Below are positions 34,649-44,647 of a stretch of 64,000 nt of DNA, piece by piece. Source of the DNA: Pyrinomonadaceae bacterium (GTDB lineage: Bacteria; Acidobacteriota; Blastocatellia; Pyrinomonadales; Pyrinomonadaceae); contig DASYPN010000260.1 of assembly GCA_036006625.1 (NCBI GenBank), forward strand, positions 295 through 64,294. The letters are read 5' to 3'. The notes beneath the pieces are model-generated. The model worked only from the letters and a program-made list of their open reading frames with translations, did no database searches and was not told where the DNA came from. The position numbers and the translations under genes are program-made. The stretch's first letter is position 1, and every line of letters begins with the position of its first letter.

Positions 34649-37144
34649 TTAATTGATCGTTATGTGCGGTGCGGTGTCGGCCGGTCGGCTGACGGTGGTG
34701 CCGTTCGTTTTCGTGACCGTCACTTGTATGGGCACATCCCCAGCTCCAGCCAGCGAAGCCGGTAACGAAAATTCAATGATGTCGAAGCCCGCCGCATTCG
34801 TGTTAGGTCTAACCGAAATAATGTTACTGGCTGTGATCGCCGTGGTCCCGATTGTTATGGTGACTTCACCCGCGGCAGCAAAGCGAACGCCCGTCACACT
34901 CAACAAGATGACAGTCGGCTCTCCATTGGTCGTGACATTAAACGGCTCTGACAGCAATTGTCTTGTCTGCGCCGCGGCCCTGTTACCCGGAAGCGTGAAA
35001 ATGTCAGGTTGTGAAGGCGTAATCTGCACGTTGCCACGCACCAGCGTGTCAGTGTTTGCACCCGCATTCAGGATATTGATTGCAACCGTGGCCAAGCCCG
35101 AAGCGGTACCGATTGGGACCACAAAGTTGATCTGCTTATCGGTACTACTCACCCGGTAAAGACCCGCAGCATGGCCGTTAACAGAAAGCGAAACACCGTT
35201 CAGTTCCACTGGTAACGCCGGGCTCCTGCCAGTCTCGCTCACATCTCCCGTGGTAGCTGCGTCTGACGGCGCAAGCGCAATCGAAGAGCGGACGATCGTC
35301 AACTCACCGGGCGCGACAGCAAATGGTTGACCCGGAACCGGACTGGGTGTCGGTGTTGGAGACGGAGTCGGACTCGGAAGCGGCGTCGCAGCCGCAACCG
35401 GCATTTCACTCGCACCTGTAAAGAACGAGAGAGTCGCAGACGACTGATTCGTGATGGTCGGGGTCAGCAGATAGAAGAGTTCAGTTGACCCATCACTATT
35501 GCCACCACCCAACTCGACGCCACCGATTGAAAAAGCAAGACGCTTATGAGTCGCGCTGGTGATCGCTCTGGTGCCGCCAGTCAAACCAACCATGTTAGTG
35601 ATACGAACAAAAGTGTTCGATGACGAAACCGGCACCTGTGTCAAAAACAGGTCCGCCGAGTTATCGGTATTCAAACCTTCATTGGCCGTCGCACTGTCGG
35701 CTGGGAACGTCCCGTTAGGTCTGAAATTCAGGAACGACGTGAACACAAGAGATGATGGAGCCAGCGAAGAATCGTAGTCTGTAAAGGTTGGAAAACGAAT
35801 GATGTCACCGACTGTCGGCCTGGTTCCGACTTCGTTAAATGTGTCGGTCGCGATCGTGTAGACAAAGGTTCCGAAAAGCTGTCCACTCGGCGCGGCATTC
35901 GACTTCGGATCAGTCGCCTTCGATTCGAAAGCGATCAGTTTTCCATCGCGACTCAACCGGCGACCCGGACTAAGCAGGTTTGCAGACGTGATGTTGTTGA
36001 GCGTACGAGTTACCTGATGAAATGTAACGCTGCTGGCGCCCACGTCAGCGTAAAAAACCTCTGCATTGTTGTCGCTGTTGGTGTAAGTGATCGGAGTTTG
36101 GGCGCTCATGTTAAAGCTGTTCGCGCTCGACAAGAAAGACACTACGGATCCATCCTTCGACAGCGTTGGATTAGTTTGAAAGATGAACCCGAGGCCGGCA
36201 ACCGCATCCTTCGTGTCCGTCAACTGTCTGAGAGTGCCGCCTAGCTCCGAGAGATTGGTGGTACTCGAGTCGTTGATGGTGAAGAGGAACAAGTCCGGAT
36301 TGGCATCGGCGTTGCCGGTATTGCCCCGAGGGTTCCTGGTCGAGATAAAGGCGAGAACCCTCCCGTCGTCGGAAATGGCCGCTTCGCGATTATCGTCAGC
36401 GAAGAACGGCGACACATTGGTTGATCCGGCGGTCGGTGCTCGACTGGCGCTAGTCTTTGTAACGAAGTGGAACGTCCCCGTATCCAGCCGGTTAAGAGGC
36501 AAATCAGTTCCGAGTGTTAAATCAACATCGGTAACGTCCGGAACTTTGTATACCCAAATCTCAGAATTCGCATCCGCGCGCCAGGTCGCATCATCAGTTC
36601 CCGTTGGACTACTGGGATCAGGCGCATTGGAACTGAACACGATAATGTAATGACGAACACCGCCATCGAGTACCGGCAACATCGAGATCATCGGCGCTCG
36701 GTTATCGATTTCAATCAACAACTGCGACCGGTCTTCTGGTGTTGGAACGGGAGTGGGAGTCGGCGATGGACTAGCCGTTGGACTTGGTGACGGACTCGGC
36801 GTCGGCGTCGGGCTTGGTGACGGCGTCGGGTTCGGAACACTCCTGGTATCTGTGATCTGGAAGATACGACGTTGCGCGTAGTCGGCTAAAAAGATCTCGC
36901 GATTGCCGTCGGCGTTTCTCCTGTTCTGCGTCGCGACGTCGCCGTTGGAAGTGAAAACAACGAACCGGCCATCCGCACTTATATCACTCGACAAAGAGTT
37001 GAACGAGCCCGACGGACTGGATGTTAGTTGAACGGCAAACGGGTCCGGTGTCGGACTCGACACTTGGGCTGAAACGGAGGCAAGCGAGCCACCGATAAGC
37101 GCAGCCACTATGATGGCGCACAGAGACCAGAAACCTTGCTTCAC
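34649..37144 (-). CDS. Large secreted protein with PD40/TolB-like propeller repeats, PT-rich linkers and Ig-like C-terminal domains resembling the Solibacter-type (TIGR03437-like) C-terminus
   Basis: Signal peptide; recurring DISADGRFVVFTS, ISDDGRVLAFIS, LSKDGSVVSFLS and LSRDGKLIAFES; PTPSPSPTPTPSPSP linkers; C-terminal NGVSLSVNGHAAGLYRVSSTDKQINFVVP. Confidence 0.7.
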   Translation of the reverse strand: MKQGFWSLCAIIVAALIGGSLASVSAQVSSPTPDPFAVQLTSSPSGSFNSLSSDISADGRFVVFTSNGDVATQNRRNADGNREIFLADYAQRRIFQITDTRSVPNPTPSPSPTPTPSPSPSPTASPSPTPTPVPTPEDRSQLLIEIDNRAPMISMLPVLDGGVRHYIIVFSSNAPDPSSPTGTDDATWRADANSEIWVYKVPDVTDVDLTLGTDLPLNRLDTGTFHFVTKTSASRAPTAGSTNVSPFFADDNREAAISDDGRVLAFISTRNPRGNTGNADANPDLFLFTINDSSTTNLSELGGTLRQLTDTKDAVAGLGFIFQTNPTLSKDGSVVSFLSSANSFNMSAQTPITYTNSDNNAEVFYADVGASSVTFHQVTRTLNNITSANLLSPGRRLSRDGKLIAFESKATDPKSNAAPSGQLFGTFVYTIATDTFNEVGTRPTVGDIIRFPTFTDYDSSLAPSSLVFTSFLNFRPNGTFPADSATANEGLNTDNSADLFLTQVPVSSSNTFVRITNMVGLTGGTRAITSATHKRLAFSIGGVELGGGNSDGSTELFYLLTPTITNQSSATLSFFTGASEMPVAAATPLPSPTPSPTPTPSPVPGQPFAVAPGELTIVRSSIALAPSDAATTGDVSETGRSPALPVELNGVSLSVNGHAAGLYRVSSTDKQINFVVPIGTASGLATVAINILNAGANTDTLVRGNVQITPSQPDIFTLPGNRAAAQTRQLLSEPFNVTTNGEPTVILLSVTGVRFAAAGEVTITIGTTAITASNIISVRPNTNAAGFDIIEFSLPASLAGAGDVPIQVTVTKTNGTTVSRPADTAPHITIN

Positions 37145-37325
37145 GAATTCCTCCGCAACAAAGACGCAGATACGAACAGATTAGATGCCTCGGGGAGCTG
37201 AGCAGCGTCGCGCAGGTGAATGTATAAATTGCCGGCACCGACGATTAAAGAACGGCCATTTTAAGCAGAACCCCTCCGCTTCGCAAGCACGAATGGATTT
37301 GGGTAATGACCTAATTTCAATTCTT

Positions 37326-37421
37326 CTCTGTGCAACCTCAGTGTTCTCTGCGTCTCTGTGGTTGTTGTATCGTACATTCCTATAATCACAGAGGCACAGA
37401 GAACACAGAGGTTGCACAGAG
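37326..37421. repeat. Family E inverted pair built from CACAGAG heptamers (35-nt arms, 3 mismatches)
   Basis: CTCTGTGCAACCTCAGTGTTCTCTGCGTCTCTGTG (37326-37360) pairs with CACAGAGGCACAGAGAACACAGAGGTTGCACAGAG (37387-37421). Confidence 0.8.
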
Positions 37422-37423
37422 GG

Positions 37424-37437
37424 CCTATAGGACCTAT
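37424..37437. repeat. Family F unit CCTATAGGACCTAT
   Basis: It matches the core of the 6430-6449 palindrome and sits 22 nt upstream of the gmd start. Confidence 0.55.
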
Positions 37438-37458
37438 GACACGGATTGGGAGGATTGG

Positions 37459-38466
37459 ATGGCGAAAAAAGCACTGATTACCGGAATTACGGGGCAGGAT
37501 GGCAGCTATCTTGCCGACTACCTGCTTAGTTTGGGCTATGAGGTGCATGGCCTGGTCCGGCGGGTCGCACTCGAGGCGCCTGAAACGAGATTCAAACGCA
37601 TTGCCCACATCCTCGACCGCGTCACTCTGCACCCGGCCAGTCTCGAGAGTTATGCCAGTATTTTCCACGTCTTCAGCGCCCACGACTTTGACGAGTGCTA
37701 TCACCTTGCGGCCCAGAGCTTCGTAGCGGAGAGCTTTGCTGACGGCTTTTCCACGATGAACATGAACATCAACGGCACGCACTACGTGCTTGCGGCGGTC
37801 CGTGAGCTGCGGCCCGATTGCCGGTTCTACTTCGCGGGCTCGAGCGAGATGTTTGGTAACGTCAATGAAGTCCCGCAAAAAGAGACCACCGCGTTTCAAC
37901 CACGCAGCCCGTACGGGATCAGCAAGGTGGCCGGATTTCATTTGACCAGAAATTATCGCGAAGCGTATGGGCTGCATGGCGTCAGTGGGATTCTCTTCAA
38001 CCACGAAAGCCCGCGCCGTGGATTTGAGTTTGTGAGCCGCAAGACGACCAGCACCGTCGCGCGAATAAAACTCGGACTCGCATCGGAACTCAGGATCGGA
38101 AATCTTGAAGCCAAACGCGACTGGGGCCACGCGAAGGATTACGTGCGAGCGATGCACTCGATGCTTCAGCAACCTGATGCAGACGATTTTGTGATTGCAA
38201 CCGGAGAGACTCACAGCGTGCGTGAGTTGTGTGAAATCGCGTTTGCTGAAGTGGACCTCGATTATCGTGAGTATGTGAAAGTCGACGAAAGATATTATCG
38301 ACCCGCGGAAGTTGATCTATTAATCGGCGACGCCTCGAAAGCGCGCAAGGCATTCGGATGGGAACCGACCTACAGCTTCCGTGATTTAGTTAAAGAGATG
38401 GTCGCCTCCGACCTCACGAGCCTCGCCGCCGAGCAGGGCACTCCACGCACATCTGCCTTGTCCTAA
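37459..38466 (+). CDS. gmd: GDP-mannose 4,6-dehydratase
   Basis: The ORF track starts at 37330, inside repeats. ATG 37459 gives MAKKALITGITGQDGSYLADYLL. Also present: SSEMFG, SPYGISK and NHESPRRG. Confidence 0.95.
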   Translation: MAKKALITGITGQDGSYLADYLLSLGYEVHGLVRRVALEAPETRFKRIAHILDRVTLHPASLESYASIFHVFSAHDFDECYHLAAQSFVAESFADGFSTMNMNINGTHYVLAAVRELRPDCRFYFAGSSEMFGNVNEVPQKETTAFQPRSPYGISKVAGFHLTRNYREAYGLHGVSGILFNHESPRRGFEFVSRKTTSTVARIKLGLASELRIGNLEAKRDWGHAKDYVRAMHSMLQQPDADDFVIATGETHSVRELCEIAFAEVDLDYREYVKVDERYYRPAEVDLLIGDASKARKAFGWEPTYSFRDLVKEMVASDLTSLAAEQGTPRTSALS

Positions 38467-38484
38467 GAGTCAGGTTCTGAAGCC

Positions 38485-38710
38485 GTGCAGCGCCAACGGC
38501 GCGAAATATGACAGCCAGGGGCAAGTGCTGAGCGAAGCGAAGCACGTCGCCCCTGGTACAAAAATAGAAAGGTTTCAAGCCCTGAAAGGGCGAAATACTG
38601 GAGCGTTATTTCGGCCCTTCAGGCCTCGTATCTTGCTTTGTATGCTTAACCAGGGGCGACGCGCTTCGCGCTTGCCCCTGGCTATCATATTTCGCGCCTT
38701 CGGCGCTGTC
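38485..38710. mobile_element. Family C MITE-like nested-palindrome element, second copy
   Basis: The termini and the CCAGGGGCAAG..GTCGCCCCTGG hairpins match 14934-15172. The central GCCCTGAAAGGGCGAAATA / TATTTCGGCCCTTCAGGC hairpin is a variant of the one in copy 1. Confidence 0.7.
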
Positions 38711-38730
38711 CTTCCTGGTTTCAGAGATTC

Positions 38731-39903
38731 TTACTTCCCAATAATCCGCAGCCATTGCGGGATGACCTTGTCGAGGGTGAATACGCTGTTCACGTAGCTC
38801 GCTGCATTCTCGGCCATCGCAGCTCTCACGTTCTTGTTAGAAAGAAGCACCGGGAGATAATTACAAAGTAACTGTGCTTCGTTCTCGTCGTGAGTTAGCT
38901 TCCAGCAAACTTTATCGGGAAACTCTTTGTACTGGTTGTTATCACTGACGATTGCCGGTTTGGCTGCTGCAAGGGCGTGCATCAAGGTGCCCGACGCTTC
39001 GCCCATCGAAGGATTTCTTAAGTTGATCAAAACGTCAGACGCAAAGAGCGCGCTGAAATATTCTGCTTCATCGAGGTAACCCGTGAACGTGATGTAATCG
39101 CGGAATTCACTCGCCTCCACTTCAGACTGAAGCGCACGCACCTCCGGTGAAGTCTCACCCGCAAACAACAGATGCACCGGATAACCCTGGGCCAACAGTC
39201 TTTTGACAACCCGCACCTGTAATTCCGGCAGCTTGTTGCGATTGATAAACCCGAGACACGTGATCAGAAAACGATTGTCCTTGAAGGAAAACTTCTCTTT
39301 GAATTTCTCAATCTGCTCGCGCGTGGGAGAAACGTTGATTCTCGCAAAATGAGGAATCACCTCGACGTGATCGTTGTTGCTGAACTGGTTCTTCACCCAG
39401 CGGTGATGCACTACAACTCTCCGGCTCCTGTTAACCACCGCATACGACATCGGAAGACCATTCACATTTCGCCTAAGCTGCGGCACTAAACCCGTCAGTC
39501 CTTTATGTTCCGCTTCACCATTGTTGTTAACCAAAGCCTGATCGTAGAGCTGCCAGTCAGCCTGCAGATAAAACGAGTCGTGCATGAACGCGCTCAGGTT
39601 GTAATCGTGTAGCACAACCGTCGCCGGAAATTTCCAGGCAAGCTGATAGATCTTCTTGTGGAAGCCACTGTGATTTCCGAGGTGATAAATAGCGTCGTCG
39701 TAAGTCTCGCCACGCTCCGGAAATTCCGACATCGGATAAACGTCAAACTCATCCTGCAATTCGGGCAGCGGCAACTCGGTATCGTAGTAGAGGTCGATAT
39801 CGAGGTGTGGCTTGAGAGCCTTTATCAGCCAGTAACTGTAGTTAGCGATGCCGCTTTTCTGTGGCGGTAATGGAGACAGCCAGGCGATTCTACGATTCCC
39901 CAT
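38731..39903 (-). CDS. Glycosyltransferase (GT1/GT4-like, GT-B fold)
   Basis: I prefer ATG 39903, 4 nt after the upstream stop. The N-terminus is RIAWLSPLPPQKSGIANYS and the C-terminal half has MGEASGTLMHALAAAKPAIVS. Confidence 0.75.
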   Translation of the reverse strand: MGNRRIAWLSPLPPQKSGIANYSYWLIKALKPHLDIDLYYDTELPLPELQDEFDVYPMSEFPERGETYDDAIYHLGNHSGFHKKIYQLAWKFPATVVLHDYNLSAFMHDSFYLQADWQLYDQALVNNNGEAEHKGLTGLVPQLRRNVNGLPMSYAVVNRSRRVVVHHRWVKNQFSNNDHVEVIPHFARINVSPTREQIEKFKEKFSFKDNRFLITCLGFINRNKLPELQVRVVKRLLAQGYPVHLLFAGETSPEVRALQSEVEASEFRDYITFTGYLDEAEYFSALFASDVLINLRNPSMGEASGTLMHALAAAKPAIVSDNNQYKEFPDKVCWKLTHDENEAQLLCNYLPVLLSNKNVRAAMAENAASYVNSVFTLDKVIPQWLRIIGK

Positions 39904-39907
39904 GCGG

Positions 39908-40882
39908 CTATTGAGAGGCGGGTAAGAAGACCAGATCCAAATATGTTTTGGCCACGTCGCCAACGAGCTCGCGTTCTTTTTCCCATTCAGCAATCACTTC
40001 GCTCGTCGATGAAGTTGTCACCATTTCCTGATCGCGACGAAGCACTCCTGCGCTGTACCCGGACGCAAATATGCTTTCGAGGAGATCGTCGGCTTTCGTA
40101 GCCGAAACACGCTCGATTAACGCAGGGAAAAACTCCATCAGCCACACTGGATGATGTTTCGCGATCGTTTCCTGCATGCCCTGCCACGCTTTCGGCTCGG
40201 AGCCTTCGATGTCCATTTTTATCACATCCACTCGAGCCTCGTTCTTGAGTAACGAATCCAATGTTACAGCTTGAACGATGAAAACGTCCTCTTCGTCATG
40301 AGCTAATTCAGTAACGAACCCGTTACTAAATCCCCACGAGAAACTCATCAGCTTCTGAGTATCACCAACGGCGAACGGATAGACTGTAACTTGATCGAAT
40401 CCGTTTCGATGCAGGCTCATGTAGATCAGCTCACAATTTCGAGGATTACACTCTACAGCGATTACCTTGCCCGACTTGCCGACTTTCCCCGCCCCGGTGA
40501 GCGTAAAGAAACCGATGTTCGCTCCGACATCGACGAATGTCATTCCTTGCTGAAGGTGTTCTTTTAGAAAAGCCGTGACGTGTGGCTCGTAAAGTTTCGT
40601 TTCGATGAGGTTCTCGCCGATGTCCCAGTCATGCTCCTGAACGTACAGTTCAAAGTCGTCGAGCGTAAGCAACTCGAGGCCACGAACCTTCCTGCCAGTG
40701 ACAAACTCGCGAGACTGGCGAAAGTATGCAGCCAGCCGCGAATACGTTAACTGCTCAGCCGCGACCCTCTCAGTCCAGTAATCGAGATCCTCCTGCGACG
40801 GCTCGCGCATGAGCAGGATTCGATAACAGTAGTAAATATCCTCTACCGTCGCCGCGTCTGACCATGCAGGTTTATCCATCAC
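39908..40882 (-). CDS. FkbM-family methyltransferase with an N-terminal DUF4214-like unit
   Basis: YYCYRILLMREPSQEDLDYWTERV...FRQSREF, followed by FVDVGANIGFFTL and VIAVECNPRN. Confidence 0.8.
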   Translation of the reverse strand: MMDKPAWSDAATVEDIYYCYRILLMREPSQEDLDYWTERVAAEQLTYSRLAAYFRQSREFVTGRKVRGLELLTLDDFELYVQEHDWDIGENLIETKLYEPHVTAFLKEHLQQGMTFVDVGANIGFFTLTGAGKVGKSGKVIAVECNPRNCELIYMSLHRNGFDQVTVYPFAVGDTQKLMSFSWGFSNGFVTELAHDEEDVFIVQAVTLDSLLKNEARVDVIKMDIEGSEPKAWQGMQETIAKHHPVWLMEFFPALIERVSATKADDLLESIFASGYSAGVLRRDQEMVTTSSTSEVIAEWEKERELVGDVAKTYLDLVFLPASQ

Positions 40883-40885
40883 CGT

Positions 40886-43345
40886 CTACCAAAACCGTGA
40901 ACGATATTCACCCGAAGAGATGAAGCCGTTGATTACCGCAGCGGGATCGTTTGAATTTTCTTTCAGCGCTCGTAACCAGTACTCGAGACCCTGCGGGTCG
41001 GGATCTCGTTTCAGATAGTTAAAGTAACACAGTGTTACAAATGCTGAATTGTATTGCTCTGGCTTACTCAATAACATTTCGACTTGTTTATCCAAAGCTC
41101 CAACGCCCGGGACAAAAACATTCTTCGTCCACTCCTCATAAGTCGGACGACGTCGGTACGTTCCGTAAAGTAAGGCATACTTCAGGAACTGTGACTTTTT
41201 GAATTCATCGGAGCGAAAGATTTGCAACGCAGCTTGAGAGCGCCGTTGAGTCAGGCACTTTGGCTCGCCGCCACACTCATTGATCGTTCGCACTAACGCG
41301 TCCAACTCGTCCTGCTTTGGTTCTCGACTCAGCAGATCAGAATATTGTTGACGCACGAAGTAACTCGCGTCGTCGATGGGATTCGGATCGGACGGTGCTG
41401 ACGGTTCGGTCTTTGTCAGCGCGTAGAGTTCGTCATCACCCTCGCGATGAACCAATCTAAGCCGGCGTTCGGCTATTCCACTCTTAACAATCGACTCGAT
41501 CGCACTCTTACTGTCAGTCGTTAAGAGCGCTTTGTGCACGACGAGGTACGACGTGGGAATACCCTCGAGCACATCCAGGAGACGCGCCGGGATTGGACGC
41601 TCTTTTGTTAACGCTTCGATTTCCTGAACGAGGGGAGGTGCGAAGCTGGAGCTCGCCGTCACGATTGGCTTGCCGTGATCAGCAGCACGAAGCATGTATG
41701 TGAAGTACGCGTAGTTGTCGCGTTCCGCTGGTAACTCGACAATCCCGCCCGACATCGGTGTCGCTTTCAGACGAAGTGTCATCGGGTCCGGATCTACGTC
41801 ACCACGCACAAACACGAGCGGCACGACTCGTTGTTCGAAAAGCACTAACACCGCGAGCGCGGCAAAGATCAAGGCGCATCTCAGTCCGGGCCGCCAACGA
41901 CGCAACAGCGCCGCAATTTGAGCAGAGCCTAGACCTGCAAGAATCGCGAGTCCCACGTAAGCGATCATGGCCCAACGTGCCGGAGACCGCATACTCCTGA
42001 AGAGCGGAATCGTGTCGTAGAGCATGCGGTGAAAGAAAAGATTCATTCCGAACGAACCGAGCACGCCAATTACCGTCCAGATCAGCGCCACACCGTAGGC
42101 CACTGTGCGTGGGTCAGACCTGAAAGTGCTAAGCCAGTCCTTCTCGACAACTCGATTAACGATCTGCGGAGGCGCAAGCACGAGGCGAAGTCCAACTATG
42201 ACGATAAAAAAGTAGAGCGGACGAGTGGCGTGAGTGGATTGCAGTATCTCAACGCCAAACAGTTTTGGATGAATTGCTCCGTAACCGATCGTTAAGAGAC
42301 AAATCAGTAGCAGCACAACAGCCAGACAATCCAACACAACGAGCAGTGTTCGGAAATAAACAGACGACGTTATCCGGGATGATAAAACGGAGAATTGTCG
42401 TGCGCCTGGTCTAACGAGTAACAGCGCAGCCGCGGCAAGAAGTGGCGGTAGGAACCCTGGGAACAGCATCAACTCATCTCGCGCCGCTGCTCCTCCGAGA
42501 CCAAACCAAAGTTTGTTTCGCTCGCTTGCAGCAAGCCAGTGAATGGGCCACGCGGAAAGCCCGATCACCTGATCGGGACTGCGAGCGAAACCGTATAGTT
42601 CGTGTACGCGATAAAACGGATACAGGAAACCAAGGACAATTAAAGCAGCCAAGCCAAGCAACGCGACGCCGCGAATCCAGTAATTGCGATCTCGCCATAA
42701 CTGCCACCACGCAATCAGAAAAACTCCCGTGAGAGTGAGAGGGACCAGGGTCAAGATGAAATACGTGACGGAAGTCAGCGCATTCATTACAAAAGCAATG
42801 CCGAGCCACATTGCGCTTCGCCAGGTGCGTTGACGTGAATAAAGAACGAGCGCCTCGAGCAGCAAAGGGATCCAACCAGTGAAGAGCAAGTGCAAGTGAG
42901 GCAGACGCTGGAAGTGATATGGAACGAATGCGAAGACGATTCCTGCGATCCATGCCGCACCCAGCGAGTTCGTTAGCGTCCGCACCAGACGAAACATGCC
43001 GTAACCGGAGAACGCAAACGCAACCAGCGTCGCCAGACTCAGCACCGTCAAAGGCCGAAAGCCGATCGCAAAGAGGGGAAAGAACAACAGCGACACACCG
43101 TAGTTATTCTCGGTGAATGCCATCGTGTATTTGTACGGATAGAAGGCTGTCGCTTGAAAGAGATTACGCGGGTCGTGAAAAGTCTGATGATAATCCCACC
43201 ACAGCCAGTAAGCGATTGAGTACGGATCTCCTCGATCGGACACAGCGTCGCGAAGGTGAAGCGCCCAGGGCCACGTCATGAGTACGGTTAAAGTGAGGAA
43301 GCCCAGGAAGATCAGAATCTCGCGGGCGACAGTTCGACGATTCAT
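40886..43345 (-). CDS. Polytopic membrane protein (GT-C-like) with a C-terminal bipartite DUF4214 module
   Basis: More than 12 hydrophobic segments. The first loop is HLRDAVSDRGDPYSIAYWLWWDY. A soluble domain follows, then FVRQQYSDLLSREPKQDELDALV..C-x6-C..YFNYLKRDPDPQGLEYWL..SGEYRSRF. The GT-C call is inference only. Confidence 0.65.
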   Translation of the reverse strand: MNRRTVAREILIFLGFLTLTVLMTWPWALHLRDAVSDRGDPYSIAYWLWWDYHQTFHDPRNLFQATAFYPYKYTMAFTENNYGVSLLFFPLFAIGFRPLTVLSLATLVAFAFSGYGMFRLVRTLTNSLGAAWIAGIVFAFVPYHFQRLPHLHLLFTGWIPLLLEALVLYSRQRTWRSAMWLGIAFVMNALTSVTYFILTLVPLTLTGVFLIAWWQLWRDRNYWIRGVALLGLAALIVLGFLYPFYRVHELYGFARSPDQVIGLSAWPIHWLAASERNKLWFGLGGAAARDELMLFPGFLPPLLAAAALLLVRPGARQFSVLSSRITSSVYFRTLLVVLDCLAVVLLLICLLTIGYGAIHPKLFGVEILQSTHATRPLYFFIVIVGLRLVLAPPQIVNRVVEKDWLSTFRSDPRTVAYGVALIWTVIGVLGSFGMNLFFHRMLYDTIPLFRSMRSPARWAMIAYVGLAILAGLGSAQIAALLRRWRPGLRCALIFAALAVLVLFEQRVVPLVFVRGDVDPDPMTLRLKATPMSGGIVELPAERDNYAYFTYMLRAADHGKPIVTASSSFAPPLVQEIEALTKERPIPARLLDVLEGIPTSYLVVHKALLTTDSKSAIESIVKSGIAERRLRLVHREGDDELYALTKTEPSAPSDPNPIDDASYFVRQQYSDLLSREPKQDELDALVRTINECGGEPKCLTQRRSQAALQIFRSDEFKKSQFLKYALLYGTYRRRPTYEEWTKNVFVPGVGALDKQVEMLLSKPEQYNSAFVTLCYFNYLKRDPDPQGLEYWLRALKENSNDPAAVINGFISSGEYRSRFW

Positions 43346-44496
43346 AGGCGCAGTTCACTCACTGACGCTTCAAAAGCAGCGAGGGTCGCCAGAGCTGTTT
43401 TCTGCCAGGAAAAGTTTTTCGAGTATTCGTAGCGCGCATGCTTAGCTTCTTGATCGACGGGGGCGCGTAACGCCTGGTATAAAGCCTGGGCCATGCCGTC
43501 AATATCGTAAGGATCAAAATAAAAAGCAAAGTCGCCCGCGACTTCCGGCAGCGACGAGGTGTTTGCTGTGGCCACTGGAAGACCACACGCTAAGCCTTCC
43601 AGTATAGGTAGACCAAATCCTTCGTAAAGTGACGGGAAGAAAAGACACCGCGCCTTTTGGTAGAGCTTGACGAGTGTCGTGTCGTCCACAAAACCCGGTA
43701 GTCGAACTCTGTCGGCGATGCCGAGATCTTTGGCGCTGTTCATCATTACCCGTTTTGAAGCGTCATCCAGAAAGCACACGATCAGAAAATCGGTTGCTCG
43801 GATTGTTGGATCCGAACCGTACACCGACTGTAACTTCGCAAATGCCTTGAGCGCTCGATTCATGTTCTTGCGCGGATCGAAGCCGCCCGGATAAAAGACG
43901 TAATCAGTTCCGGAAGGCAGCTGCGGAAACGGATACGGCTTGAACGCGCTGCCGGCGGCGAGCGGCGTGACGACGTGCTGCTTGTCTTTGACCGCGAGTG
44001 CGTTGACGAAATCGGCGCGCGTATGTTCCGAGATGTGCAGGAACAGATCGAAGTCGGTTTCCATCTGCTTGAGTTTACGCTGATACACCTCGCGGGCTGA
44101 TGCGGATACATGCTTTGCGTACTCCTTTTCCATTATCAGCGGGATTAGATCGTAGATCGTGACCGCGAACGTGGAGCTTGTTTGTCGAGTTGGGATGAAG
44201 ACGTTGTGCATCAAGGCGTTGGGAGACCAGTAGAGATCGATGCCGAGTTGGGCGATGGCGTTATTGACGGCGTCTGAGTAGAGTTTGCTTTTTGACGTGT
44301 TGGTATCGACTAACGTGAGCTTATTGCGTGTCCAGGTTTTTAGGCATTCCAGGTGTGGGCCACGGGTCGTATTGAGATAGAACTCATTTGTAAAATCATT
44401 CTCGAGCATCTGCTCAATCGTGCTTTTGAAATACGTCCCGATTCCCCGGTTGATTTCCGGCGTCAGAAGCGTTTGTCCATCGATCAGGATCTTCAT
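43342..44496 (-). CDS. Glycosyltransferase family 4 (GT-B)
   Basis: The ORF track starts at 44562, inside a family A repeat. ATG 44496 gives MKILIDGQTLL. The EGFGLPILEGLACGLPV motif is present, and there is an ATGA overlap with the downstream gene. Confidence 0.85.
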   Translation of the reverse strand: MKILIDGQTLLTPEINRGIGTYFKSTIEQMLENDFTNEFYLNTTRGPHLECLKTWTRNKLTLVDTNTSKSKLYSDAVNNAIAQLGIDLYWSPNALMHNVFIPTRQTSSTFAVTIYDLIPLIMEKEYAKHVSASAREVYQRKLKQMETDFDLFLHISEHTRADFVNALAVKDKQHVVTPLAAGSAFKPYPFPQLPSGTDYVFYPGGFDPRKNMNRALKAFAKLQSVYGSDPTIRATDFLIVCFLDDASKRVMMNSAKDLGIADRVRLPGFVDDTTLVKLYQKARCLFFPSLYEGFGLPILEGLACGLPVATANTSSLPEVAGDFAFYFDPYDIDGMAQALYQALRAPVDQEAKHARYEYSKNFSWQKTALATLAAFEASVSELRL

Positions 44497-44511
44497 GAAA
44501 TTTAATATCTC

Positions 44512-44647
44512 GGAACGTACTGTAGGGGCGGCCCTCCGTGGCCGCCCTCGGTTGAAATACACTGATTCAAGCTTCGACGGTCTCGGTTTTGGTGAACACG
44601 ATTTAAACCGAGGGCGGCCACGGAGGGCCGCCCCTACAGTACGTTCG
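44512..44647. repeat. Family A element, composite form
   Basis: Same architecture as 2445-2572. Its right end supplies the TAG stop codon (44634-44636) of the upstream glycosyltransferase. Confidence 0.85.

Noticed and set aside
37261-38214. 317-aa minus-strand ORF.
   Set aside because: It lies entirely antisense to the very well supported gmd gene and runs into family E/F repeats at its 3' end. It has no recognisable motifs. It is a typical GC-rich antisense shadow ORF.
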